Shown here: piece by piece, positions 15,039 through 29,089 of the stretch
Numbering within the stretch: position 1 is the stretch's first letter
Layout: each line of letters begins with the position of its first letter
Assembly (NCBI GenBank): GCA_964016885.1
Contig: OZ024751.1
Span: forward strand, 51,708,001 to 51,772,000
Source: Eledone cirrhosa
Lineage: Eukaryota
Length of the DNA: 64,000 nucleotides
Direction: 5' to 3'
Position numbers and translations under genes: made by a program
Notes under the pieces: model-generated
Told to the model about the DNA's origin: nothing
What the model saw: the letters and a program-made list of their open reading frames with translations, nothing else
Database searches by the model: none

Positions 15039-15118
15039 CAAGAAAGAGGAGTGATATGGTTTGCTATACAATAACCTATAACAATAATTTGTTATCCCGT
15101 ATATATATATATATAATA

Positions 15119-15160
<42 letters not shown>

Positions 15161-15289
15161 ACACACACAGATCCATGCACACGCAACCACATAACCACAT
15201 ACACCAACACTTATTCATTAGCCCTCTCTCGCTCTCTTTCTCTGCCCCCCCCCCTCTCTCTCTCTCTCTCTCTTTGTCCTCCTCCCTTA

Positions 15290-15650
15290 TCATTATCGCA
15301 TCTGATATCAGAATTGCTTCTTCATAAAGAATGCAAGCCTAGGTTTGCGGTCTTGCTCTTGGCAGTGGAGACTTCTGGTGTCCTTGGCCTTAGGGATACC
15401 TCCCTACTCACCACCATATGCGCTGAGCTGGCCAGCCGCAGGTGTGAGCCTCGCGAGATGGAATGGCTCTTCTAGCGCATCTCCCTTACCATCCTCCAGG
15501 GAAACGCCTTCTCCATTCTGTCCGCCGGGACTCGGGGGGGGGGAGCAGCACATGGGACCACCATACAGAGAAATGGGGAGGGAGACAGAGATGGTGGCGA
15601 TGACAATGGGATTTCGGCTCTTCCACATTCGGACCATATCCTTGTGGTCG
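15290..15650 (-). pseudogene. Possible highly decayed L1/Tx1-like ORF2 fragment
   Basis: GC-rich island. Translated pieces (IVIATISVSLPISLY..PPP; AHMVVSREVSLR) loosely resemble post-RT LINE motifs. Confidence 0.25.
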
Positions 15651-16358
15651 TGTTTATTATCTCTATAGAAAATTATTTATTTCTCGGAAACGCTTGGGAA
15701 ATGGTTTTCAATAATAGTGAAATAAAAAGAAAAGTTTTCATTACTGACTACGATACCAACCAGCTACAATGACTATGATGACGGCGGCGGTGGCGATGAG
15801 GGTGAGGATGATTACATACTTATTCTTTGGTAATTCCAAGAAAGTGTCGCTGGATTCTCAAGTAATTGGGTAACATTGTTTTGTTTTGTTTTTTATTTTT
15901 TATTTATTGTTGTTGTTGTTTTTTTTGTATTTTGTTTGTTTTGATTTTGTTCTTGTTTTGGGGGTTTTTCTTTTTTTTCAAGATTATTTCATTAATGATT
16001 CTATATTATAGAAGTAAGTAGAAACAAAATTAATATTTGGTAAATATCGGAACTAATTCTAACAAGCGTGGTATTTAAATGAGTGACAAAGCAACAGTTC
16101 AAAGAATTTCAGAATCATAGTCAGATTATGACAAAAAGAAAACTGGCGGAATTCAAATATGATATTTTTAGCCAAATAAACGAGATCAATCGATAGAAAG
16201 TCCAAATATAAAAGTAAAGAAGACTTGTCCAATCATATTGTTACTTTTGTGACGTCATATTGCTTTAAAACAATCAGCCATTTTCTTATATCGTAAACTT
16301 ACACAAAACACAATCACACGTACATACATGTATACACAACCCCACCAAATACACACAC

Positions 16359-16421
<63 letters not shown>

Positions 16422-16844
16422 GGCACATATAGTTTCTTACACACCCTAATACGTAGGTATATATATATATGTATATATATACACACACACACATATACAT
16501 ATACATGTATATATATATATTCATACATATATAGCAAGAGAGAGTACTAGAAAGACATAAACAGTGTCTTCGTCACACGCAAACACATTCACACATTTTC
16601 TCTCTCTCTGTCTCTCTCCTTCTATCACACACACACAAACACACACACACACACATACACACACATACATGATCATACACATTTGCTTGCTGAGAAAGAA
16701 ATACCGCCATGATTCTTTCGATTTCAATATCCTCTTAAATAATTGTATTTTCTCCATATAAAATGTGTTTTATAAAGTGGCTACATTGTGTACATCAGAG
16801 GAAAGAATGGACCGAAAATACGGGTAACACAAAACAATTTGTAA

Positions 16845-17468
16845 GTTAAAAGACGTAAGAAGTCGAATTTTTCGCATGGGAATATCAAACCAATAACGAC
16901 TGGTCTTGTTTTGTTAAAGGGTTTCTTTTTCCCAACGGAATTGGTATTTGAAAAAATGGAAATGTTTCCAAATTTATTACGAATCAGCATGATTTTTCAT
17001 TTGAACGCTCTTCGGAGAAGAAAGAGAGACAAGATATTTTTTAATAATAGGTTATGTAAATATCCAAAATTTTATCAAATGTACTTTTATATCAAGAAAA
17101 ACAAAAAGTATATTAAACGATCCAAGTTTGCTTTATATTTTAAAAGTATTCTAGCGAAAAGATTGATGAATTTAATGCGAAATCGCCAGTCTATCAAATC
17201 ACTCAGAAATCGAAAATATTTTTATAAATACTTCATGAGAAAGTCAAGAGGATCTACCTATGAGGCAAAAGTAACCGACCCTAATATAATACCAAAACAT
17301 TCGGTGAAAAAAAAATATTTACGATTGAAAATAAAAGTGAAGAAAGCAATATTAAAACAAAGCAAACGAATGAGGAAACAGAAATATACAAAGAGAAGTC
17401 TTCCTGAGGAATTCAAGTCGCTTGCGATGGATGTCTTGGGTAATAAAACAAAGAAATACAAACACTAA
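16845..17468 (+). CDS. Putative highly basic (K/R/Y/F-rich) orphan ORF or exon
   Basis: Stop-free frame from 16845 to TAA at 17466-17468 (~207 codons) in AT-rich, non-repetitive DNA. No family recognised. Confidence 0.4.
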   Translation, partial: VKRRKKSNFSHGNIKPITTGLVLLKGFFFPTELVFEKMEMFPNLLRISMIFHLNALRRRKRDKIFFNNRLCKYPKFYQMYFYIKKNKKYIKRSKFALYFKSILAKRLMNLMRNRQSIKSLRNRKYFYKYFMRKSRGSTYEAKVTDPNIIPKHSVKKKYLRLKIKVKKAILKQSKRMRKQKYTKRSLPEEFKSLAMDVLGNKTKKYKH

Positions 17469-17644
17469 ACAAAGAAACAAACGAAATATCATTTTTGTTG
17501 TTGTTCTTGTTGTTGTTCTTGTTGTTTTTTTATTTTTTGTTTGTTTTTTCGTTGTTATTTGTTTGTTTGTTAGTTTGTTTGTAGAAAATGTAAATAATTT
17601 CAGTTCATTTATCATGAGAATTTTTAACACACACACACACACAT

Positions 17645-17714
<70 letters not shown>

Positions 17715-17796
17715 GTGTATGTGTATGTGCGTGCATGTAAATATATATATATATATATATATATACCTGTGTATGTGTATGTGCGTGCATGTAAAT

Positions 17797-17929
<133 letters not shown>

Positions 17930-18106
17930 AATGCCTAACACCTTTCGTAACTGTACTCCTTGTTGTTGTTATTTACTTTTCCAATATATATCAAGATTTT
18001 ACCAGTTATAAACCAGTAAGACCATTATTCAGCAGAATATTTGGTACTTGGTATAGTAAAGTGTAACTATACGGCAAGAGCTCAGCCGTCGGGCCGCGTC
18101 ACTCTA

Positions 18107-18155
<49 letters not shown>

Positions 18156-18279
18156 AAGAATGAAGAGTAACATGGTTGGCTGTACAACAAGGGGCTTTAT
18201 TTCAGGTACGTTAAAACTATCCACGACGCAGAGTACTCACAACCTCTAACTGGATTACCTATAACGATAACTTGTTACC

Positions 18280-18349
<70 letters not shown>

Positions 18350-18361
18350 TATTTATTTATT

Positions 18362-18555
18362 TAATATAGAAATGGCTTCTACAGGGCTAGAACTGTTTCA
18401 TTCGAGATAAATCATCAGTGCCTCCTGGTGATTTCTTCCGTATGAAACAGTACTAGTCCTGTAGAAGCCATTTCTATGTTAAATATTTATACTCTGCTAT
18501 ATATTGAGTACCTTACTTAATGCAGTTACCCCCGATTGAACCCGGGATAAACTTA
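18362..18555. ncRNA. Inverted twin hammerhead cassette (minus 18374-18424 with intact core; plus 18419-18469 with CTGGTGA core change)
   Basis: GAAA-CAG-(8 nt)-CTG-TA-GAAGCC on both strands. Same family as 50811 and 21437. Tail shared with 50491-50560 and 57457-57490. Confidence 0.65.
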
Positions 18556-18636
18556 TATATATATATGTACGTTTGTATGTGTGTATGTATGTGTGTATGT
18601 ATGTGTGTGTGTGTGTGTACGTGTGTACATACAAAC

Positions 18637-18703
<67 letters not shown>

Positions 18704-19128
18704 TGTGTGTAGGAATTCGAAAGTTCGAGGTTGGATGAATTAAATCTAGTTCAATCCTATATACATTCAATATCTTGGCGTTTGTAATTTGATTGCAGCT
18801 TTTGAAACTCCTGTCTGTCACATACAATTATAGTTGTTCCATGTTTTTAAATGCAGTTCTCCAAAATATGATATTCTTCCGAGTTTTTTGTTTTACTTAC
18901 TGAATCCCAGAAGAATATTTCAGAAATTCGGTAGAATTTCTGAAAGTGATAAATCAAATTTACTTGATGACAGTTGAAATAATAAGAAAATGAAGAATAT
19001 AAATGTATATTTGTATATATATATATATATATATGTGTGAAGTAATTCCGTCGGAAAAGTCCAGGAAAAAGGAGTGCTCTATGTAGGTAACAGAGCTTAA
19101 TAGTTATGTAATAAGCAACATAAGGCAA

Positions 19129-19194
19129 TTATTCCATTTACCAGTGGTTTCTTAAAAGCAAAAAGTTTTGCTTTCAATCATCAGAATGAAAAAA
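19129..19194 (-). ncRNA. Type-I hammerhead ribozyme (family of 8221)
   Basis: Reverse complement: TTTTTTCATT-CTGATGA-TTGAAAGCAAAACTTTTTGCTTTTAA-GAAA-CCACTGG-TA-AATGGAATAA. Confidence 0.85.
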
Positions 19195-19336
19195 TCCTGG
19201 TCTGTTTATTGAATTTGGATTTTAAAAAACAAAAATGCAATCTATATGAAAGTGAGGCTGGAGAAGGAAGAAGGAAAGGAAAAATAAAATAAAAACACAC
19301 ATGCAAACACACACACACACACACAAATGCATACAT

Positions 19337-19389
<53 letters not shown>

Positions 19390-19424
19390 CACTCATACAC
19401 ACACACATATACACATATATATGT

Positions 19425-19785
19425 GTATATCTATCTATCTAAGGCGGGTAAAATTCCCGAGATCCATGGACGAGTTCTCTCCAGCGGTCTCTGTCCCTCA
19501 TTATCGCTGCCATGTCCTGCGTCTCCAACAGACCAGTGTCTGTCCTTAGGGCATCAACATACGTTAACCTTGGTCTTCCTCTTCTAGTGTGTCCATGTAG
19601 GGGATCCCAAAGGAGCACTGAGTGCAATGTCAACTCTGGATGTCGGTGAACATGTCCAGCTAACCTCAGTCTCCTCTGTGTCACTTTTGAGCTGACTTTT
19701 GGGATGCTCCCATACAGCTCTGAGTTTTTCATCCTCAGTGTATACTGATTAATGTTCAGAGCCATCCTCAGCATTCTCGTGTATA
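19425..19785 (-). mobile_element. 3' fragment of RTE-type non-LTR retrotransposon
   Basis: YTRMLRMALN..RRLRLAGHVHRH..LLWDP..RRGRPRLTYVD..MRDRDRWR is a typical RTE C-terminus. It ends in a short (TAGA)n tail. Confidence 0.85.
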
Positions 19786-19888
19786 TATGTGTATATATAT
19801 ACACACATACACATACATATACACATACATACATACACACATAAATATCAACACATCCATACATACACATATATATATACATACATAT

Positions 19889-19921
<33 letters not shown>

Positions 19922-20524
19922 TATGCATACACATACACATACATAGCCATACACACATACACATACATAGCCATACACACATACATATACATACATACAT
20001 ACATACATACACACAATCATACCTATATACACACGTATATACATACACATACATAAATGCATACATATGCATGTACAAAATTAGAAAAATATACTCACAC
20101 CTCTACATATTCACACACGCAAATAAATATAAGAAAAAATATATATAAAATAAAATAAAATAATAAAAACTATTATACGTTGACAGCGATACAGGCAACG
20201 AATAAATGAACAAACACGCGTGGTAAGCAATACACACAAATGCACGTACACATACATACGTAAAAATAAATACATACACACACTCTCACACATAAATATA
20301 CATATACAAATACATAAACACATACATACGCATACACAAATACATACACAAACACACATATACATATATACACACACATATACATACACACACACATATA
20401 TATATATATATAAATACACATACACATATACACATATATATATATACACACACATACATACATAGCTATACAATTATATACATACAAATACGTACATATC
20501 ACAAACACGCACAACCAAATACAA

Positions 20525-20781
<257 letters not shown>

Positions 20782-20870
20782 CTCAATCTTAGATAATTCA
20801 TATGAACCTTATATAACTCCAAAATATACATATACATATATATAGTAATGTAATAAACAACATAAGGCAA

Positions 20871-20936
20871 TTATTCCATTCACCAGTGGTTTCTTAAAAG
20901 CAAAAAATGTTGCCTTCAATCATCAGAATGAAAAAA
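20871..20936 (-). ncRNA. Hammerhead fold, probably inactive (GUG cleavage triplet)
   Basis: Paralog of 19129-19194 with CCACTGG-TG in place of CCACTGG-TA. Confidence 0.7.
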
Positions 20937-20952
20937 ACCTGGTCTATCTATA

Positions 20953-20992
<40 letters not shown>

Positions 20993-21359
20993 CACATACA
21001 CATACATACTCATGCATTTTAGTATGTGAAGGTAAGGCAAAAAAAATATATGGGGGGGAAAGGGAGGGGGGAAAATGACATAGAAAAAGGTGAAATATAA
21101 GGGGAGATAAGGGAGAAAAAGAATACAAGAGTACAGAACGTGGATTCAGCAGGTAAAAAACCGTAGTAGAAGTAAAGAGCAGTAAAAAGGAGAAGTAAAA
21201 AGGAGTTCAAGGCGGTTGAGTTATCATAGGAATGTCAATCCAGTTACAGATCAGATGTGGTTTCAGATGAGGACAACATCTGAAGATCTCGGTCTTTGAG
21301 TTTAGGCAAGCAGAAGTGGCTCTCAAGTTTGGAATAATTGCCTTATGTTGTTTATTACA

Positions 21360-21428
<69 letters not shown>

Positions 21429-21436
21429 TGGAAATT

Positions 21437-21489
21437 ACTTCTACATGTATAGAACTGTTTCGTTCGTTCGTTTGAAATCATCAGGAATT
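21437..21489 (-). ncRNA. Type-I hammerhead fold (family of 50811) in a small fold-back cassette
   Basis: Reverse complement: AATTC-CTGATGA-TTTCAAACGAACGAAC-GAAA-CAG-TTCTATAC-ATG-TA-GAAGT, with one mismatch each in stems I and III. Confidence 0.65.
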
Positions 21490-22025
21490 CAAGCGAATGA
21501 AACAGTTCTAGATATGTGTGTGCGTGTGTGTGTATGTGTGTGTATGAGTTTGTGTGTGTATATATATATATGTGTGTGTGAGTCTGTGTGTGTGTGTGTG
21601 TGTTTACATGTTGGATATCGCAAGACATTTTGTTCTACTCTTTATGTTGAGTTTGCCAATACTCTGTCTATTTTATGAAACCCTAGTTGACTAACATGAC
21701 ATTTATCAACTCTCCACCTCTGAAAGATGATATACTAAAATCAAACTGGGTTGAATTTGAACTCAGAATCTGTAAACCAGTTTAACAGTAGTCTCTGTCG
21801 TTTCTGATATACACCATTATAACCATACTCCTACACTTATATTAGGTTTCTGATATACTCACAAGAGTAATTCAGTCTTAGTACTACTTTTCTGGTACTT
21901 ATTTCATCGACTACAGAAGTTAGTGTCGATCTTAGCTGTATTTGGACTAAGAAACTTAGACAGACATCACTAGATGACGCAAGTTGTTTATTTAGAAACT
22001 CTACTGATTCTATCAAATTTGTATA

Positions 22026-22197
22026 CAGGTAAAATTCCGTTATAACGAATACCATTATAACGAATTTTTCAGTATAACGAAATTGTTTTCAAATCTCGGC
22101 CACACACAATGTGTTAGGTCGATCTCGTTATAAAGAATTTATCATTACTACGAATTTTTTTATACCCATTGAATTTCGTTATAACGGAATTTCACTG
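22026..22197. mobile_element. Tc1/mariner-pogo-type MITE
   Basis: TIRs CAGGTAAAATTCCGTTATAACGAA / TTCGTTATAACGGAATTTCACTG; TA on both sides; internal TTATAACGAA subrepeats. Confidence 0.85.
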
Positions 22198-22429
22198 TAT
22201 ACTATTACATTTTTATTCAAAGATTTTTATGTTTGAATATTGTGTGTTCAGTATATATCTTCTCTTTCCTTTCTGATCCATAACTTCTGCTGGAGTCGTA
22301 GGGGCCCCGTAGTGACATACGGCGTTTTATGAGCATTTTTTAAAACATGGCGGATCCGATCACTTCACGTGTCAGTTCAAAATGGAACACAAGCAACAGA
22401 AACTGCTCTAGTTTAGGCATAATGTTAGC

Positions 22430-22590
22430 AAATGTGGAATAAATCAACCCCAGACCTTGACTGGTAGTTTATTTATCGACCCCGGAAAGATGAAAGACAA
22501 AGTTGACTTTGGTGGGATTTGAACTCTGAATGTAAAGAGACGGAACAAATACGGCAATGATGTTTTATTCGACGCTCTACCAATTCTACT
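22430..22590 (-). mobile_element. SINE fragment
   Basis: TTTATCGACCCCGGAAAGATGAAAGACAAAGTTGAC..GGGATTTGAACTCTGAA; dispersed paralogs in the window. Confidence 0.6.
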
Positions 22591-22609
22591 TACTATTGGG
22601 TGAAACAAT

Positions 22610-23130
22610 ATCATAGTGGAGACAAAAGGTGGGGAAAGTCACAGATGACCTTTGGCCATTGACAATGACCAATTAACGGTCTTTATCGAAGAGGGTCCAT
22701 GACTGTTCAACAGTTGTTTGACATTTCTTCACACTGAAATCCAAAAGCTTAACAAATGTGTCCCAGTGAGCTGAACGAAAAAAATCTTCATTACAAAATC
22801 TACTCTGCACTTCATTTATGCAACAAAATCTATCTAATTCTTGATCGCTGTGTAACATTTGACGAAAAATGATTCTGTTAGACAACCAATGGTTTTCTGT
22901 TCAGTGTGGCTGGATCGAAGTGAAGCAGCAAAAGTGTTGCCTAAACTGAAGTTGCGACAAAAGAAGTTCATAATCATTATTTCATGGTCGATAAGTGAAA
23001 TCGTCCACTACTATTGTTTTAACCCAGCCGAAGCAATCACAGCAGGGAAGTAATACCAGAAAAATCACAGAGATGTACTAAAATGTATAACATTTACATC
23101 CATCACTACTCAGCAGTGTCTGGTGAGACC
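22610..23130 (+). pseudogene. Decayed mariner (Hsmar1/cecropia-like) transposase
   Basis: Fragments KLNKCVP/ELNE (WVPHEL), LDRCVTFDEK (TxDEKW), WLDRSEAAKVLPKLKLRQKK, WSISEIVHYYCFNPAEAITA; multiple stops and frameshifts. Confidence 0.85.
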
Positions 23131-23467
23131 TTCATGAGATCTTGATGACGGAGCGCAAGTATTATATTATATTATATCATATTATCTTATATTGTATTAT
23201 ATATACTGGACTAACACACCAACTTAAAGAAAATGTTTTTCCAGCTTTATACACACACACACACAAACACACACAAACATGCACACACACACACACGCAC
23301 ACACGCACCCACGCATGCACACACACATACACACACACACATACACACAAATACACTTCTATATATAATGTGCGAAATTGCACGCCAGCAATGTGGCTGA
23401 CGAGGTACAAATGCAGTTGCCTATTCAGCTTATATAACTGTTATTCTGTGTGCATTATTTGCTGATA

Positions 23468-23586
<119 letters not shown>

Positions 23587-25634
23587 GGTGTGGGGGCTAT
23601 AGTAACAAAGTTACATATAAAAACAAAGATGTTCGTAGAGAGGGAGAAAGAGAGACACCTGTTTGCCTATATAACAATCATGCTTTCAGTAATTATTTCC
23701 TCAATCATTTTTGTTCAGCCATCGATTCTTTAGTAATTTTACGTTCTTCCTGTCGTTATTCTACAATTCTAACGACCTTATTATTCCGTTGTTCATAGAT
23801 TTACCATTATACCACAATCCCAAACTGTTGCTATCATTATATATATATTGTTGTTATTGTTGTTGTTGTTGTTGTTGTTGTTGCTGGTGTGTTCACAATT
23901 GTTTTGTTTTTTGTCATTAGTGTTTTTATCAACATCCTATCTCATTTGTATTTCCACCACCACCCCACCATTACCACCATAAAGACCACCACCACCCCAT
24001 GACACCCCCCCAAACCACCACTACCACCACCACGCAACCACCCACCCTCAAACCCCCACCAGACCCACCACCACTAGCACCATCATCACCACCACCAGCC
24101 AGCTAACCAGCCAACCATCCAAACAGCCAACCAACCAACCAACCAGGCATACAGCTAACCAACCAACCAACCAACCAGCCAGCCAACCAGCCAACCAACC
24201 AGCCAACCAACCAGCCATACATCTAACCAACCAACCAACCAGCCATACAGTTAACCAACCAACCAACCAGCCATACAGCTAACCAACCAACCAGCTGACC
24301 AACCAACCATACAACTAACCAACTAACAAGCCAACCAGCCATACAATTAACCAACCAACCAACCAGCCATACAGCTAACTAACCAACCAGCCAGCCTGCC
24401 AGCCATACAGCTAACCAACCAACCATCCAGACAACCAACCAACCAACCAACCAACCAACCAACCAACCAACCAACCAACCAACCAACCATACAGTTAACC
24501 AAACAACCAGCCAGCTGACCAACCAGCCAACCAACCAGCCATACAGTTAACCAATCAACCAACCAGCCACACAGCTAACCAACCTGCTAACCAACCAGCC
24601 ATACAGTTAACCAATCAACCAACCAGCCACACAGCTAACCAACCAACCAGCCATACAGCCAACCAACCAGCCATACAGTTAACCAACCAACCAACCAACC
24701 AGCCATACAGCTAACCAACCAGTCAACCAACCAACCAACCAGCCAACCAACCAACCAGTCAGCCATACAGCTAACCAACCAACTTACCAGCCAAGCAATC
24801 AGCCATACAGCTAACCAACCAACCAGCCAGCCATACAGCTAACCAACCAACTGTATGGCTGGTTAGTTGGCTGGTTGGTTGGCTGGTTAGCCGTATGGCT
24901 GGTTGGTTAGTTGGTTGGTTGGTTGTATGGCTGGTTGGTTGGTTGTATGGCTGGTTGGTTGGTTAACTGAATGGCTGGTTGGTTTGTCAGCTGGTTGGTT
25001 GGTAGGTTGGTTGGTTGGTTGGTTGGTTGGCTAGTTGGTTGGTTGGTCACTTGGCTAGTTGGCTGGTTGGTTGGTTGGTTGGATAACTGCATGGCTGGTT
25101 GGTTGGTTAGCTGTAAAGCTGGTTGGTTGGTTGGTTGGTTGGTTTGCTGGTTGGATGGTTGGTTGGTTGGTTGGTTGGTTGGTTGGTTGGTTGGTTGGCT
25201 GGTTGGCTGGTTGGCTGGCTGGTCGGCTGGTTGGCTGGTTGGCTGGCTGGTGGTGGTAGTGGTGGGTCTGGGGGGGGGGTAGTGGTGGCTGGGGGGTGTC
25301 ATGGGTGGTGGTGGTTTTGATGGTGGTAATGGTGGAGTGGTGGTGGAAATACAAATGAGATAACTTTCTTTTTATTTGCCACCAGGGCGTCAAAAGTGGG
25401 ACACGTACAAAGGGGCGAGTTTACATGCAAAGGCGTCCTCAATATGGAGGAGGTAATAACAAGATATAAAAGTATAAAAATAAAATAAAATATAACAAAA
25501 TAAATTTTATAACAAAATCCTCAATAGGGAGGAGGCGCCTTGGGAGGTCGCACACACCCCCGAAAAAAAGTGTGCAACCCTTCTCCTCAGGAGCACAGAG
25601 ACGGGGTGCTCCCTTGGTCTTTCATCTTCCTCAC

Positions 25635-28600
25635 CTATAGTCTGATGTAGAGTGAAGGCCCATTCACACGGGCCATTCTCGCCACTTTCACCCATCTTTC
25701 ATAAAAACGGCTGGGGTGCAGCACCTCTCTCTCCATCCTGATCCTTGTTTCGAAATGATATCGGAAGAAACGGACCAGTTGTTGGCCAGAGAGAAAGGTG
25801 TCTGACCTCAGTCCTTTCAGACGCGTCCACCATACAACCTCTTTCGCCATGGCTATTACGCACAGAAACACCGCCTCTCCTTCGTTTTTGAAGAGGGGAG
25901 GCGGCTTGATCGTTACAATAGACTCGGTGGTCAACCGGATCGGTCCCACCCTTGACAGCAGTTGTTCGACATCTCCCCACAGATAGGCAATGCCCGAGCA
26001 GTGTACCAAAGCGTGTGCAACGGTTTCCTCGTCGCTCACGCATCTGGGACAGATCTTTTTCGAGGAGTCCCTACCCGGGCGCCCGTGTCTGTAGAGCCTT
26101 TCTCGAACGAGCAGAGCCCCTCGGTAGCACTGTCAGGCCAGGGACCTCTGGAAGTTATCCATGGATCCCGGGCTGAATGTCCTACCGAACAGGTTGTCCA
26201 GTTCGTCTTCCTCCATGCCTAGGGCTTCTCCGAGGGCGTCGTCGCATCTGCTAACCACCAGCCCTCTATAGAATGACGAGGTGGATTCTCCACTGACAGC
26301 CGGGTCCGCCTGCCAGAGAGCCGTGAGCGCCTGGGCACACTCGGTGTGCCAGGCGCCCAGTTTTCTCGGTCTTTGCTTGACCCAGGATTGCAGCTCGGTG
26401 AGTGAGACGAGTCTGGGAAAGGCTCGCCTCACAAATGGGGCCCACACCGGTTGACCGGTGAGGAATACCTGGAGGTGCCGTAGCCTTAATGCGTGTTTAC
26501 GTATCATTAGCCACGGCATCCCCAGCCCTCCTTTCGAAGGGTGTTGACAGCAGATGGATCTCCTCACCATAGGAGCCCGCTTCTTCCAAAGGAATTGGAT
26601 GAGTGCGCGCTCCATTTTGGCGAGCGTTTCCCTTGGGCAAGGCACAACGGTCAGGCGGTAGTAGATGACGGACGCTATATAAGTGTTCGCCACCTCCGCC
26701 CGACCTTTCAGGGACAGTTTGCACTCGGCCCACTTCAGGGTCAGTGCAAACACCCTGTTCGTTACCTCACCCCAGTTCTTCTCCACCTGGAGGTCTGGTC
26801 CGAACCAGACCCCGAGCAACTTCATCGGGCCCTCCGTCCAGCGCCCGACGACGCCATCGGAGGGCATCGATCTTCCCCTCCACGAGCCGAGTTGCAGACC
26901 GATCGACTTGTCCCGGTTCAGCTTAGCCCCTGTAAACCTTTCGTACTCCTCCAGTAAGGTGCCGATCGCCCCGATTTCCGAGGCCGTCGACACCATTACT
27001 GTTACGTCGTCGGCGTAGGCCGACACCGCTTTCCGCAATCCCGGTTCCAACGGGATGCCCTGCAACAACTCCAACTTCCGCAGCAGTGGCTCTAGAGTCA
27101 CTACATACAGAAAGGAGGAGAGAGGGCACCCTTGTCGGATGGACCGCGCGATTTCGAACGGCTCCGAGAGGTAGCCGTTCACCTTCACCCTAGAGCAGAT
27201 GCGGCTGCTGTGCATGGCATTGATCCAGCCCCTGCAACGGGTCCGAAGCCTTCCACCGCTAGCACCGCATCCAGGTAACCATGGTCGACCCTATCGAACG
27301 CCTTAGATTGATGCAAGTTGATCAGGGCCCCACCAAAGCCGGGTTCGTTCCCAAACCTCTCTATGATGTATCGCATGAGGTGGAGATTGTCGTGGATGGA
27401 CCTGGACGGGATAGCACATGACTGCGCATCTCCCACCAGATTGCCCACGACAAGCGCCAACCTCTTTGCTAGCACCTTGGCCAAAATCTGTAACTCTGTA
27501 TTTAGCAGAGTTATGGGCCTGAAATTATTTATATCGTCCCCCTTGTTCTCGTCCTTCCTCACTATCGTGACTACGCCCTTGGTCACAGCACAGAGAATTC
27601 TCCCGTTGCCAGTTGCAGTAGACCGCCTCGAGGAGATCGGGGAACAAGTCCGGCATAGCTAGATACAGTTCGTATGGAAGACCATCGAGACCCGGGGATT
27701 TGCGTTTGCCGCATTGGCTCAGCACGTCCTCTATCTCAGCGGCTGAAATCGGCTCCTCGCAGGACTTCGCCTCCCTGTCCGAGAGACGCGGCAGGCCGTC
27801 GAGGTATGGACCGAAGTCCACATCCCCAACCGGCTCCCCGCCCCTTCCGAACAATCCGGCAAAGTGCTTTTGAAAAGCCTCGCACATCTGCTTAGGTTCA
27901 AGGATCACCCGTCCATCCTGGTCTCGCAAAGACCGGATAGTGGATCTGCTCCCTCTTTTGGCTTCGGTCACGCGGGCCCAGCTAACAGCTTTGGTCCCCT
28001 CGTTTCCCAGAGCACGTATTTTGCTTCGGACGATGCAGCCTTCGTGTTTCGCGTCGAAGAACTGGCCCAGGGCCATTCTCGACGCTAGCACTCTGGCCAC
28101 GTCGCCGCTTCTAATTGCCTCTTCTACACTATCTACCAGCTCCCTTTCCTTCCTATTTCTATTTGAGGCTAACTCCTTACTAAATTCTATAGAGACTACT
28201 CTAATCTCTCTTTTGAGAGATCCCCACCACCTGCTGTTGACGTTGGTGCCCATCAACCGCTCCTTAACTAAAGTGCTAATCCGGTCCCTGTAAGCCTTAC
28301 TTGCCGGTAAGGACAAGTTGAGCTTCCAGTAACCCGGTCCCTGTCTATGCGTTCTGTCAAGGTTGACCATGCAGCTCACAAACTTGTGGTCTGAATAGCC
28401 AACCATGCTCATTTTTGGACAACTTAAAAAGTCCTTATCCTTATTTCTAACTAAGAACCTATCTAGGTACGACCTAGATGATCCACTGCGATTTGCCCAA
28501 GTCCAGGTTGGCGCAGTCGGAAAATCTAGTCGATATCTATCGGCCAGGTCAAATCGACCGATTAACCCTTTAAGGCTATTACACCCCTCTCTATCGGGAC

Positions 28601-29066
28601 AGGCCCCTACGTAGTCCCAGCGTGCATCTAGGATACCATTCCAGTCCCCCACTAATAGCAAGGAGCGGGACGTCCCTAGAAAAGTCTCCAGACGATGGAA
28701 GAAGTCCGGCCGCATTGACCCGAAAGGGCCGTAGGCGGCTACCAACCTAAACGCTCCGCCTTCACCACTGCCAAGGTCCAGAACCACTAGTCGACCCTCC
28801 GGGTCCTAATGTATCGTCTGTGTTGCGAGACCCAGATGTTTTTGCAGCAGAACGACCACCCCACCCCCACCTCTGAGCTGACAGAGAGATGCGTGCATCT
28901 CAAAGTCATCAAAGGTGGGGGCTAGCTGTCGCACGTTGCTGATCCAGGCCTCGCAAATAACCATCACATCTATACGTTGTGACCTGAGGTCATTTAGAAG
29001 CATTGCTTGCTTCCAAGTTGAGCCCAGGCCACGCGCATTTAGACAGCCTACTCTTAGCATAGCCAT
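25635..29066 (-). pseudogene. LINE ORF2 (AP endonuclease + RT + C-terminal Cys/His region) with stops and frameshifts
   Basis: GCLNARGL, VGDWNGIL, SYLDRFLV, SDHK (APE); KSPGLDGLPYE, FRPITLLN, KAFDRV, RQGCPLS, AYADD (RT); ETVAHALVHC. Stops at ~28806 and ~26133; frameshifts near 27590 and 27230. Confidence 0.92.
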
Positions 29067-29089
29067 GTTGGTGGTGAAGAGAAAAGGCA

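Noticed and set aside
24048-25393. GWLV / QPTN repeat proteins (also 31626-32738)
   Set aside because: Translations of the (AACC)n repeat, which also flips strand mid-array.
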